Part shown: positions 11,162 through 22,582 of the stretch, piece after piece
Position numbering within the stretch: the stretch's first letter is position 1
Layout: the number at the start of each line of letters is the position of its first letter
NCBI GenBank assembly: GCA_001643675.2
Contig: LSRY02000069.1
Coordinates: 124,001-188,000, forward strand
Length of the DNA: 64,000 nt
Reading direction: 5' to 3'
From: Monocercomonoides exilis PA203
Taxonomy: Eukaryota > Protista > Preaxostyla
Program-made: the position numbers and the translations under genes
The notes under the pieces: model-generated
What the model was told of the DNA's origin: nothing
Database searches by the model: none
What the model saw: only the letters and a program-made list of their open reading frames with translations

Positions 11162-13978
11162 ATGAGTTTTAAACGAGAACACGAAAAAGAAGTGATTGAC
11201 AAAGCGAAATCCGATCCAACCGCCAAGGATAAAGATGGAAGGACAGCGGCGATGAACTGGATCATGAAAAAGAAAACAGAGCCTCCAGCGCACATACGGC
11301 ACGATATAACGCTTGGGGACAAAGACGGGTGGACGATGGCGATGCACTGGATAAGATTTGTTGGAAGAGAGCCGCCGCTGTGGATGAGGCACGACATAAC
11401 ACTTGGTGATAATGATGGAAGGACAATGGCCATGCACTGGATAGAAGAGAGAAGATCAAAACCTCCAGAATGGATGAGACATGATGCATTTCTTGGCAAT
11501 AAATACGGAATAACAATGGCAATGCTTTGGATTCAATATGCAAAAACGGTTCCGCCGCTGTGGATGAGGCATGATACAAAGATTGGAGATAAGGATGGGA
11601 AAACAATGGCAATGAAGTGGATTTATAATACGAAGACAGAGCCACCAGAATGGATGAGGCATGACATTTCACTTGGCGATAAAGACGGGAGAACAATGGC
11701 AATGAATTGGATTATAGAGAAGAAAACAAACCCGCCAAAATGGATTAGGCATGAAGCCACTCTTGGGGATGAGAATGGGACCACAATGGCCATGTACTGG
11801 ATCAGCTGCGTAAAGACAGAGCCACCGGAGTGGATGAGGCATGAAATAACGCTTGGCAATAAGAAAGGATGGACGATGTCAATGTTTTGGATTGTAAGCA
11901 TTAAAAAAGAACCTCCGAAATGGATGCAGCATAATGTTAAAATTTGTGACGAAACAAAAAGGACATTGGCAATGTTTTGGATTCAATATGTACAAACAGA
12001 ACCTCCGAAAAAAATGAGACATGACATCACACTTGCTGATAAGGATGGATTGACAATGGCCATGTTCTGGATTGAGAGCGTGAAAAAAGAGCCGCCGGAG
12101 TGGATGAGACATGACATCACACTTCGCAACAGTTTTGAATCAACAATGGCGATGATATGGATTGCAAATGTCCAGACAGAACCACCAGAATGGATGAGGC
12201 ACGAAGCTGAATTTTACGACAACGAGGGATGGACGATGGCCATGCACTGGATAAGATATGTTAAAACAGAGCCGCCATTGTGGATGAGGCACGATAAAAC
12301 CGTTTGCGACAAAAATGGGTGGACGATGCTCATGCTGTGGAAAATATTTATTGAGTCAGAACCTCCAAAGTGGATGATTTATGATAATGCAGTTGTTGAT
12401 GAAAAAGGAAGAACAAATGCTATGAGGTGGATTATCGATAAGAAAGCAGAACCACCGCTGTGGATGAGACATGAAAATACGCTTTGCGATCAGAACGGAT
12501 GGACGATGGCCATACTGTGGGTCTGTCACGTTAAAACAGAACCTCCAGAGTGGATGAGGCATGACTATAAGCTTTGCAATAAGAACGGATGGACAATGGC
12601 AATGAAGTGGGTTAGTCATATAAAATCAGAACCTTCAGAGTGGATGAGACATGACATCACACTTGGCAATAAAAATGGAGACACAACTGCGATGATATGG
12701 ATTCAATTTGTTCAAACAGAACCACCAGAATGGATGAGGCATGACATCACACTTGGCAATAAATACGGAATAACAATGGCCATGTATTGGATTCAATTTG
12801 TTCAAACAGAACCTCCAGAATGGATGAGGCATGACATCACACTTGGCAATAAATACGGAATAACAATGGCCATGTATTGGATTCAATTTGTTCAAACAGA
12901 ACCACCAGAATGGATGAGGCATGACATCACACTTGGCGATAAAGACGGATGGACAATGGCGATGTGGTGGATTCAGTTTGTCAAGAAAAATCCACCAGAA
13001 TGGATGAGGCACGACATCACACTTTGCAATAAAGACGGATGGACAATGTCCATGATATGGATTGAATTTGTTCAAACAGAACCACCAGAATGGATGAGAC
13101 ATGACATCACACTTGGCGATAAAGACGGATTCACAATGGCCATGCACTGGATAAGATATGTTAAAACAGAGCCGCCAGAATGGATGAGGCATGACATCAC
13201 ACTTGGCTATAAAGACGGATGGACAATGGCGATGCATTGGATAGCTGTTGTGAAGACAGATCCACCAGAATGGATGAGACATGGCATCACTCTTGGCAAT
13301 AAAGACGGATGGACAATGGCGATGATGTGGATTCAAGAAGTCCAAACAGAGCCACCAGAATGGATGAGACATGACATTTCACTTGGAAATAAAGGCGGAG
13401 TAACAATGGCGATGACGTGGATTCAGTTTGTCAAGACAGAGCCACCAGAATGGATGAGACATAACATCACACTTGGCAATAAAGACGGATGGACAATGGC
13501 GATGATGTGGATTGGGAGCGTGAAAAAAGAGCCGCCGGAGTGGATGAGACATGACATCACACTTGGCAACAATTTTAAATCAACAATGGCGATGATATGG
13601 ATTGCAAATGTCCAGACAGAACCACCAGAATGGATGAGACACGATATCACACTTGGCAATAAATACGGAATAACAATGGCCATGTATTGGATTCAATTTG
13701 TTCAAACAGAGCCACCAGAATGGATGAGGCATGACATCACACTTGGCGATAAAGACGGATGGACAATGGCCATGCACTGGATAAGATATGTTAAAACAGA
13801 GCCGCCAGAATGGATGAGACATAACATCACACTTTGCATTAAAGACGGAATCACAATGGCGAAGATATGGATTGAGAATGTGAAGACAGAACCACCGGAA
13901 TGGATGAAGATTGATAAACCCAAACAATCACTAATGAGTGTCTTTTCGATATTAAATCCGTTTTCTTACTTCAAATGA
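11162..13978 (+). CDS. 938-aa intronless tandem-repeat protein with 30 copies of a 30-aa Trp/Met-rich ankyrin-like unit
   Basis: Open ATG..TGA frame with 90-nt periodicity. Consensus EPPEWMRHDITLG(N/D)KDGWTMAMxWIxxVKT; the DKDGxTxAM part resembles the ankyrin hairpin and helix 1. Confidence 0.9.
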   Translation: MSFKREHEKEVIDKAKSDPTAKDKDGRTAAMNWIMKKKTEPPAHIRHDITLGDKDGWTMAMHWIRFVGREPPLWMRHDITLGDNDGRTMAMHWIEERRSKPPEWMRHDAFLGNKYGITMAMLWIQYAKTVPPLWMRHDTKIGDKDGKTMAMKWIYNTKTEPPEWMRHDISLGDKDGRTMAMNWIIEKKTNPPKWIRHEATLGDENGTTMAMYWISCVKTEPPEWMRHEITLGNKKGWTMSMFWIVSIKKEPPKWMQHNVKICDETKRTLAMFWIQYVQTEPPKKMRHDITLADKDGLTMAMFWIESVKKEPPEWMRHDITLRNSFESTMAMIWIANVQTEPPEWMRHEAEFYDNEGWTMAMHWIRYVKTEPPLWMRHDKTVCDKNGWTMLMLWKIFIESEPPKWMIYDNAVVDEKGRTNAMRWIIDKKAEPPLWMRHENTLCDQNGWTMAILWVCHVKTEPPEWMRHDYKLCNKNGWTMAMKWVSHIKSEPSEWMRHDITLGNKNGDTTAMIWIQFVQTEPPEWMRHDITLGNKYGITMAMYWIQFVQTEPPEWMRHDITLGNKYGITMAMYWIQFVQTEPPEWMRHDITLGDKDGWTMAMWWIQFVKKNPPEWMRHDITLCNKDGWTMSMIWIEFVQTEPPEWMRHDITLGDKDGFTMAMHWIRYVKTEPPEWMRHDITLGYKDGWTMAMHWIAVVKTDPPEWMRHGITLGNKDGWTMAMMWIQEVQTEPPEWMRHDISLGNKGGVTMAMTWIQFVKTEPPEWMRHNITLGNKDGWTMAMMWIGSVKKEPPEWMRHDITLGNNFKSTMAMIWIANVQTEPPEWMRHDITLGNKYGITMAMYWIQFVQTEPPEWMRHDITLGDKDGWTMAMHWIRYVKTEPPEWMRHNITLCIKDGITMAKIWIENVKTEPPEWMKIDKPKQSLMSVFSILNPFSYFK

Positions 13979-14647
13979 ATCAACATTTCATTGTGTATTT
14001 TTATGAAAATCTTTGTCATGCATTTGACCAAATGCATAACGTTGGTTGATTTTATTTCTTTCTTGAGAAATTTTTTATTTTTTTATTTATTTATTTTAAT
14101 AGGAATTTGGACGTGTTTCCAAACATCCGTTTTTGAATTTCAGCTTTTGTTTTATTATTATTATTATTATTATTTTGACATCCTTTACAAGATTTCTAAG
14201 ATTCGCATTTGTTTTTGTATTTTCAATTTTGTAGCTTTATTAAATGAGTTTTATTTTCTTTCAAGTAATTGCAATTTTCATTAACATGAAATTGCGTGTT
14301 GCAGATGAAGAGCAATATATATTCATTCATTTCCATTTCATTGCCATTTCATTTCCATTTCACATCATTTACTGGAATAGAGCGATTGCTTTTATCTTGG
14401 AAAAAAAATCATTTAAGAAATTAGAAGAAAGGCAATGAAAGAGTTCGCGAATGATGATTAATAATAAAAGAGTTTTTCAAACTGTAATTTATGATTTCTT
14501 CTTGACGTTCATGAATATTTCATCATTTCAAATTTCTTTAATTTATATGTATTTATATGGGACAAAATTTTTTGCTTTTGGAATTTTGTTCCACCCAACA
14601 TTTTTGATTATTTATCCACATTCAACAATTTTTCAGAATATTTCCGG

Positions 14648-17600
14648 TAAACCAGAGTGACGCATCGTCAAATTTGTCATCACGTCCGTCAGTGAATTAT
14701 TTTCATGTCAGTGGTTTTTTTTTTTTTTTTTTTCTTTCTTTCCAAAAGTTGATTTTTTTTTTTATTATTTTTAACAAACAATAGGTGCAATATTTTATTT
14801 TATTTTATTTTATTTTATTTTATTTTATTTTATTTTTTTTATTTTTTTTAAATAAAAATAACGATTATAATTTATTCATGAAGACCCATTACGAAGTCAC
14901 ATGTTTAATGTTTCATGATTATACGTTGAAATTGCATTGTTAATGATGTATATGTTCAAAATAAGTGCACAGACAAAGACATAATCACGAAGCATTTGAG
15001 TTAAATCATTGGAATATTTCTTCTATCAACGTATTAGCTTATTCAACATGAAATACAAAATGTGATGTTGGAATATCATATTTCAAAGAAGAATTAGACA
15101 TATATAGAAATTCGACACTTTTTATTGTATGCAAATACTCTTGGTTGGAATTCTTGATTAAATCATTTATATCAGTGGAAATCTCTTCATAATTAGAACT
15201 CAACGACGAGGAAGAGCAGAAACAGAAAGTTGTGGAAATGAAAAGAACATTTGTTGAGATAGATAAAGAAGAATTCAAATCAATTTTTTCATAAGTTCTT
15301 TTCAATGAATTTGGAAGATAATGCGAAGAAAGGAAGTTTTTGATAGAAAATGCAGTTGTTTTATTGATGCACATGGATTGAAGCAAGGAATTGAAATGTT
15401 TTTTATGTAATTCTTTTGAAGAAGCATTGTTGAGCAAAAAATGAAAGATATGCTAATTGATGACAATGATATTTTGAAAAAAGAACAGAACGAAAATCAT
15501 CTGATAGAACTTTGTGAAAACTTTGTTTTAACGAGCATTAAAAATCCAGGAAACACATTCTTCGTGCGTTCCTTGCCTTCTGAAAGCTATCTCGAGTCAA
15601 GAGAAAAACGAAAAAACAAAAAAGAAGGTGGAAATAGTATTGTCTGCTTTTAACAAAATATTCGTCGAGCGTGAGTTGATTAATGTTTTTTTTGACTATT
15701 TAATTTAATTGTAGTTTTATTTGTGGAATTGAAATTGACCTATTTGAAAGGGATCACAGAAATTATCAAATTTCATCATTAGTCAATAAGCCTAACTCGT
15801 CTTTCTTATCAGTCTGCTTGGAAATTTTTAAAAAGACAGTTATATATATGGTGAAGATTTAGAAGAAGTTTTGGTGGTTGATTTCATTTGAATGAGAAAG
15901 GCAGCAGAAAATTTTAAGAGCTTGCATAATTTGAGAAGGGAAAGAAAAAGGAAGAGAAACTGAAGGAAACAGAAATTGAAGGCATTTCATTAAGATGGAA
16001 TTTGCTATTGCCACTTTATTTTGGAAAGTGTCAATTGTTTGACGAAGAACATGTTGAATTGGCACTTCGTCTTGAACGGTTGTACAGGGAGAAAATTGAA
16101 AATGAAAAGTTAATATTTGAAAGTTTTATTTGTGACATACGGTGATGTGGAGAAATGAGTTTATTAATATTGATATTTTGCTGGAAGCAGGAGCTTTCTA
16201 TCTGCCTGTGAAAGAAATTCAGCTTCCTACTATGGAAAACGAAGGCGTGTGTCATTTTCTAATATTCTTTTTAGTAATTTCAAAAAGATCAAGGAAAGAG
16301 CATGAATGATGTGAAAGAAGTGAAAAGAAAGACAACTAAAAAAATGAAATTTTGAAAAGTTGAAAGAAGAAGGTTACGGAGATGCCATCATATGCTTTTA
16401 TCAATCATTTGATCATTTTAACAAAGAATGTTATTATGAATTATAATTTGATATTTCATGCTTTCTTTGTGAATGTTTGAGCAAATGAGAAACATATCAT
16501 TTTTTAATTCATAATTGTTATTTATGTTTTTTCATCATTTCGAAATGGAATAAATCAACAAAAAAAGGGAAAAGAAGAACGGATCAAAATGATATCAAGA
16601 AAAATAAACAAGTTAAAGATCAATTACAATAGAAAAGGTGATTTCGACAAATGCTTGAAAATTTTGGATAAGAAAAAATATTGACATTTCACATTCCTTT
16701 ATCTATCAATATTTTTCTGTTTAAAAAAATACACGTTTTCTTTTGTTTGTCGTCAATTTTGTTGTATCTTCTTTATCCTCTGCATCTTCAATTTTTTTCA
16801 AATCACATAATCATTTGCATTTGTGTCTTCCTTATTATTTCTCAGAGAGGATAAACCTTGCCGCACGATTTTCGCTGAAATCCCCTTCTGCCAATTCATT
16901 CACATTGTTTTTAAGCAACACATATTCCGATTAATAATGGTCAGATGATATATTCTTTAAAAGTATCTCCTGCTCTTCCGTTGCTTTCGTGTTCTATCCA
17001 TTCTTAATAGCCTTTAATCAATAGGATAATTTCAGAAAAGGAGTTGGGAAAGTGAAAGAATGAAAATGACTGAGTGAAAAGATAAATGGAAAAACTTCAG
17101 GTGCATTTATCATGAAGTGCATAAACAGTTATAAGGCAAGCTAAGTCACCACAAAATGAAAAAAATTCGTTAATGCAGAAAAAAAAGTGAGTGGTTTTTA
17201 CACACAATTTTGCTGAGTTGCTGCTGTTCTTGTGCAACTGTCTACTTTTATAAGTTGATAAGCTTCTTATAGCATCGAGTTCCTGAGTGCGCCAAAATTA
17301 TCGTAGTGATTATTTTGCTTAAACTTGAGCACATCGATACAATTATGCTGCCATTTGTCTATGCAAAAAGAAAATTATAGAGAAACAGCTCAGGATAAAA
17401 GCAACTGTTTTTCTAGCGCCATTTGATTTATCTGATTCTCCCTTAACTTAGAACTGCTTTTCTGATGCTATAACTGCTGCGCCCAGTGTTATTGAGGAAA
17501 ATATGATGAGATGATAAAATTGTAATTTTTGAAAAGTTGTGAAAGGATATTGAAATATATAACTTAAAATATTCCGTGGTAAAAAAAATTGTGGTTTTTT

Positions 17601-18502
17601 GAATATGAAGATCTTCAACAGTTTAACATCTCATGAGAAAAGTCTATAAGTCTATTCATTAGTTATTATCAAAATTGTGATCATAATTCACTTTGGAATA
17701 AATCATACAGATATTTCACAAAATGGCTGTCCTTTCCTTGTGCGCCATAAAAGGAAAGTGGATTTTCTTATTTTCAAAGTGAAAGGAATTCTCGCAAAAA
17801 CAATTTTCATTTAATAACTTTTCTTTAAATATAGTGCTAATTGCAACAACTCTTTGATAGCATTGATAAATAAAATTGTCAAATAGTTATTCTTCTTTAG
17901 CGTCCAATTAAAGTCTTTCAATTATTATCAAAAACAATTTAGAAAATTTCATTTTAAATGAATTGTGATACAGTTAATACCAAATCAATATTTCATATCA
18001 CAATATATGCATATTCATATGATGCGATAATTTGCACAAAATTGTCGTTTTTATGGATTCACTTTTGCTATTTTCTTTGTTAAATGAGATTTTCAACAAG
18101 AATATAAGAAATGTTATGGAAAAAATCAATTCAATTTTAAAGTTTGTTCAAAATCGTTTCAAAACGAGACATTTTGTCTTCCCACATCTTTATCTTACTA
18201 TGTCACATTGCTGACTTCATGTGACGTCAGTGACGAGATGACTTCAGTGACTTATCAAAATTCCGATATTTATGATCGCGTCACCAAAAATATTATTAAT
18301 CGAAATTTTTCTTTCATAAATATATATTTTTTTTTTCATTATTGGTTTTTGAATAAAAATTAGTTAAAATTTTGAAATTATTTCACAAATAAGAAACAAA
18401 CTTTTATTTTTTATTGAATTTTTTTACTGACGTGAATTTTTTTGTCACGTCCGTCAAAAATCAAAAACATCACGTCAAAAGTCAGTACGTCACTCAGGTT
18501 TA
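14648..18502. mobile_element. Non-autonomous hAT element (3855 bp) carrying host gene fragments
   Basis: TIRs TAAACCAGAGTGACG (14648-14662) and CGTCACTCAGGTTTA (18488-18502), 1 mismatch. Perfect 8-bp TSD ATTTCCGG (14640-14647, 18503-18510). Subterminal CACGTCCGTCA/TGAC motifs shared with the 22086-29289 element. Confidence 0.92.
15150..16480 (+). pseudogene. Decayed copy of an expanded host helical-protein family, cargo of the hAT element
   Basis: Interrupted frames read EIDKEEFKSIFS..ENAVVLLMH..NENHLIELCENFV..EIIKFHH*SISLTRLSYQSAWKFL. This resembles, from memory, a large Monocercomonoides hypothetical-protein family (not verified). Confidence 0.55.
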
Positions 18503-18708
18503 ATTTCCGGTTTGAATCCTTTCTTAAATTTAAGAATTCAAATTATTTCCAAATAGTTTGTAAAGAAAAAAAATGCATGAAAAAATATGAAAATTTTGTT
18601 TATTCTCCTGGGAAACTGAATCTGGACACAAAGCTTGCAAGTTATTGCAATTATCGTTTAATAAAAGCAATAACAGGATGGATTCTGTCTTGTCCTCAAT
18701 TTGGATTT

Positions 18709-19203
18709 GGTAAGTGGGAACAAAACGTACTGTTCAAAATGCTTTTTAAATCTTAAATGTTCGTTATCATAATAAGTTATAAGTCCATGTGGGACATTTT
18801 CACTGGTAAATTTCGTCTTATTCGAATAATTGAATTGGAGACTCATTTTTGAAATTCTTAATCAACAGAACACATGTTTTTTTATCTTTTTTGATAAATG
18901 AAACCCTATTCAATAATTTAGGTTCATATTTTTATTTATATTATACCCTAATTCACTCGTTGTGAACTCATTGAAACCAATAGCCTCTCTATAACTTCAT
19001 AAGAAATTTTGTGAAATAATATTATTAGGGTTTGATCAAAGATATTTCAATGTGATAGGCGATTATTTATCACTTGAATTTTGAGTCGAAAATGAATATT
19101 TCAATTTTATAGATTGCTTTGTATTCATTTGGTGTTGTTTTTTTTGAGAAATAAAACTTTCTTTGTGTTATTTTTTGAATAGTACGTTTTGTTCCCATTC
19201 ACC
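18709..19203. mobile_element. Merlin-like MITE (495 bp)
   Basis: 31-bp TIRs GGTAAGTGGGAACAAAACGTACTGTTCAAAA with 3 mismatches; 8-bp TSD TTGGATTT (18701-18708, 19204-19211). GG termini plus an 8-bp TSD fit Merlin. Confidence 0.85.
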
Positions 19204-19387
19204 TTGGATTTAACCAAATTACATCGGACAACCAAGAATAAACTAATTTTATCACTATTCAAGATTCAATGATTGAAAAAAAAAGAAAAATAATTTAAAA
19301 ATCGAAAAATTTAATTAAAATAACAAAAGAGTTCTGAAAAAAAAGCAAACCTGTCAGTTTCTGAGTATTTCTTTAAAAATCGATAAA

Positions 19388-21838
19388 GGGTGGTTTTTTA
19401 TCCGGACATTTTTTTTAATCCGTACATTTTTTTATTGGTGTATCTCACTAAATAAAAACTAAAAACAAAAAAAGCATATTGCACCAGGTTTGAGCACGTA
19501 TTAAATGTTCATTCAATAAAAAATTTTTTGTCAATTTTTGTATTTGATGAAGATCTTGAGAATTTTTAATTTATTTTTGATCATTTGTTTTGCTCGTTTT
19601 GAATCGACTCTCTTTTTCTGTCAGTCTTTAGCTACTGGACCATAAATCATTCATTATTATCTTTAATAATTTCAAATCTTTTTTGTTTTTTCTAATTTTT
19701 TCACGAGTTTTTCGCATTTCATTGTTTTTGAAGAAAATTATAAAAAACTCATATTTTCTCAACTGTTTTTTGTTATTTCAATAAAAATATTTATATTTTG
19801 TGCAAATTGGATATAAGTGCATTGCTACTCAAAATTGTTTGTTTTACACCAAAAATTATTCAACATCGAAAAAGTTTAATTCAAAATCGAAAAACTTTAA
19901 TTCAACATCGAAAATTATTATTCGAAATCGGAAAACTTTCATTCGAAATCGAATATATTAAATTCAACATCGAAAATTCTTTATCATCAAAAAATTTGAA
20001 ATAAATTTTATAATTCATTCTCATGTCAGTTTCTTTTCTTTTAGTTTCAGATCTGAGAAATTTGTCATTTTTAATTAGAAAAATATTTTTTGATCTTTAT
20101 TTTAGTGTTTGATTGTATTCAATAGCGGGAATATAAAAAAATTGAAATTTATTTAATTCTTCACATGTCTTCAGGTGATTATAAGGAATATAAGCAAAAA
20201 ACAAAAGTGAGAGGATAGTTCATGATCTTGTTTTGTGTGCAAAAAGACAGAAATATATCTCATTTATCGAATTAAAAATGTTTTGAATTTCATTTATTGC
20301 ATTGGAAGCTGATAAAATATAACATTTTCAATATTCAAAATGAGAAAAGAATCGATTGATATCAGTCAATATCGTAGAAAACAGTTGTTGAAAACGAAAG
20401 AAAAACAATTCCAATAAATAAACATTTGTTGTTATCAACATTTGTTTCAATAAAATATCCTTAATTTTGACTTGAATTGAAATTCTTAACCAATTAACTT
20501 CTTTTTCGATTTTGAATTGAACATTTTTGATGTTGAATTAAATAATTTCTATCTTGAATTAAACTTTTTCGATTTCGAATGAAAGTTTTTCGATTTCGAA
20601 TAATACACCAAAAATTATTCAAAATCGAAAAACTTTCAACCAAAGTCGAAAAACTTTCAAACGAAATCGAAAATTATTATTCAAAGTCGGAAAACTTTCA
20701 TTCAAAGTCGAAAACTTTCATTCGAAGTCGAAAAACTTTCAAGCAAAGTCGAAAGTTCGAAATTTTTCAAAATTTCATAGAGTTGACAAAATTCAATTCA
20801 AGTCAAAAAAGCATTGTGATTGTTAAAATATCGATGATATTTGTTATTTTGACAATTTTCCATCTCTTTTCTGATATTTTTCTGTGCTTTCTTTTGTCCA
20901 ATTACAAAAAATTTAAAATATGAGAGATATAATGACATATTTTTATTATATTTCAATTGAAATGCATTGCTTTTCAAAAGATTAGAATAAAATTTTTATT
21001 CATATTTTTTCACAATTTATGAAGAATGATGAATGCAAAATTGGATTTCATATTTCGAGTTTTTCAGATCAAAATATTCATTTAATACGGAAGGAAACAT
21101 ATGTTAAAAAATTTGTCTAGAGTTTATAAAAGAGTTTATTTTGAATTTAAATTCTCAAATTTTGCATAAATCAACAACACACACATTGCTCATAATATTC
21201 ACAAAAACAAAAGAACAAAGATCCACTTCAATTGAATTTTCCATATTAATCGTTCATTTTTTTGTCAAGGTTTCGACTTCGAATGAAAGTTTTCGACTTT
21301 GATTGAAACTTTTTTGACTTCGAATGAAAGTTTTCCGACTTTGAATTAAACTTTTTCGATGTTGAATAATTTTTGGTGTAAAACAAACAATTTTGAGTAG
21401 CAATGCACTTATATCCAATTTGCACAAAATATAAATATTTTTATTGAAATAACAAAAAACAGTTGAGAAAATATGAGTTTTTTATAATTTTCTTCAAAAA
21501 CAATGAAATGCGAAAAACTCGTGAAAAAATTAGAAAAAACAAAAAAGATTTGAAATTATTAAAGATAATAATGAATGATTTATGGTCCAGTAGCTAAAGA
21601 CTGACAGAAAAAGAGAGTCGATTCAAAACGAGCAAAACAAATGATCAAAAATAAATTAAAAATTCTCAAGATCTTCATCAAATACAAAAATTGACAAAAA
21701 ATTTTTTATTGAATGAACATTTAATACGTGCTCAAACCTGGTGCAATATGCTTTTTTTGTTTTTAGTTTTTATTTAGTGAGATACACCAATAAAAAAATG
21801 TACGGATTAAAAAAAATGTCCGGATAAAAAAACTACAC
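19388..21838. mobile_element. Foldback-type non-coding element with ~490-bp near-perfect inverted repeats and internal 20-21-bp repeat arrays
   Basis: ~19393-19885 is the reverse complement of ~21340-21832. Termini are GGGTGG (left) and GTGTAG (right, reverse complement). Arrays of AAAACTTTCATTCGAA(A/G)TCG-like units occur at ~19860-19990, 20500-20760 and 21270-21360. No TSD found. Confidence 0.8.
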
Positions 21839-21879
21839 AAGAATAATTATTAATGAACTCTATTCTTTTTTCCAGAACA

Positions 21880-21906
21880 GGCATAGGTCTGAATTGTACC
21901 ATTTTG
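21880..21906 (+). mobile_element. Orphan left terminus of the GGCATAGG (Merlin-like) family
   Basis: GGCATAGGTCTGAATTGTACCATTTT resembles GGCATAGGTGAAAATTGTACCACTTT at 33896; no partner end found. Confidence 0.55.
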
Positions 21907-22582
21907 TTGGGGACATTAAAAATCTTAAATTCACAAATTATTAATTGTTATTAATAATTGAAACTCAAATCGATCAGTAATAAGCAAATAAACAATGATG
22001 AATAACTCCCAAAAAATTTAGTTATCACAATACGACAATATATGAAATGTGAAATATTTGACAAATTATGAAATAATGAAGTTATTAAACCTGTATGACG
22101 TGTTGAAAAAAATTTTTCACGTCCGTCAGTAATTTTCTAGTGTTTTTTATTATTATTTTTTTTTTTATTTTTATTGAAGAGAGAATGATTATTTTTGTAT
22201 GAGTTTTTATTTTTTGAATTTTATTTGTTCTTTTTTGTTTTTGAGTTTATTAAAAATTGATTTTTTTCATATCCCATAAATTTATTTCTGTTGGAATTTT
22301 CGAATTATTTTTTTAAATAAAATTTGTTACACATGGATTGTGCAATAACGCGGATTTTGTTCTTGCACAATATTTTTTTATCAGATATAAAAATGCTATT
22401 TATCACTTCAACAGTTTGAAACTTTTGAAATTCCTTTCATTTTTCTTTTTTCAATCAATTTTTTTTATTTCAAACGATATAATTCACACATATATTTCTA
22501 TAATGCAGACGGTTTTTTGTTAAAGCTTGGTGCTTCTTTAATATGAATATTCTTTGTATTTTCTTAAAGATAAACTTTTTCA

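Noticed and set aside
11069-13927. Numerous minus-strand ORFs over the repeat gene
   Set aside because: Antisense shadows of the 90-nt coding repeat.
19860-21360. Regularly spaced ~20-bp repeats resembling a CRISPR array
   Set aside because: Units are contiguous with no unique spacers, degenerate, and in both orientations; eukaryotic context and no cas genes.
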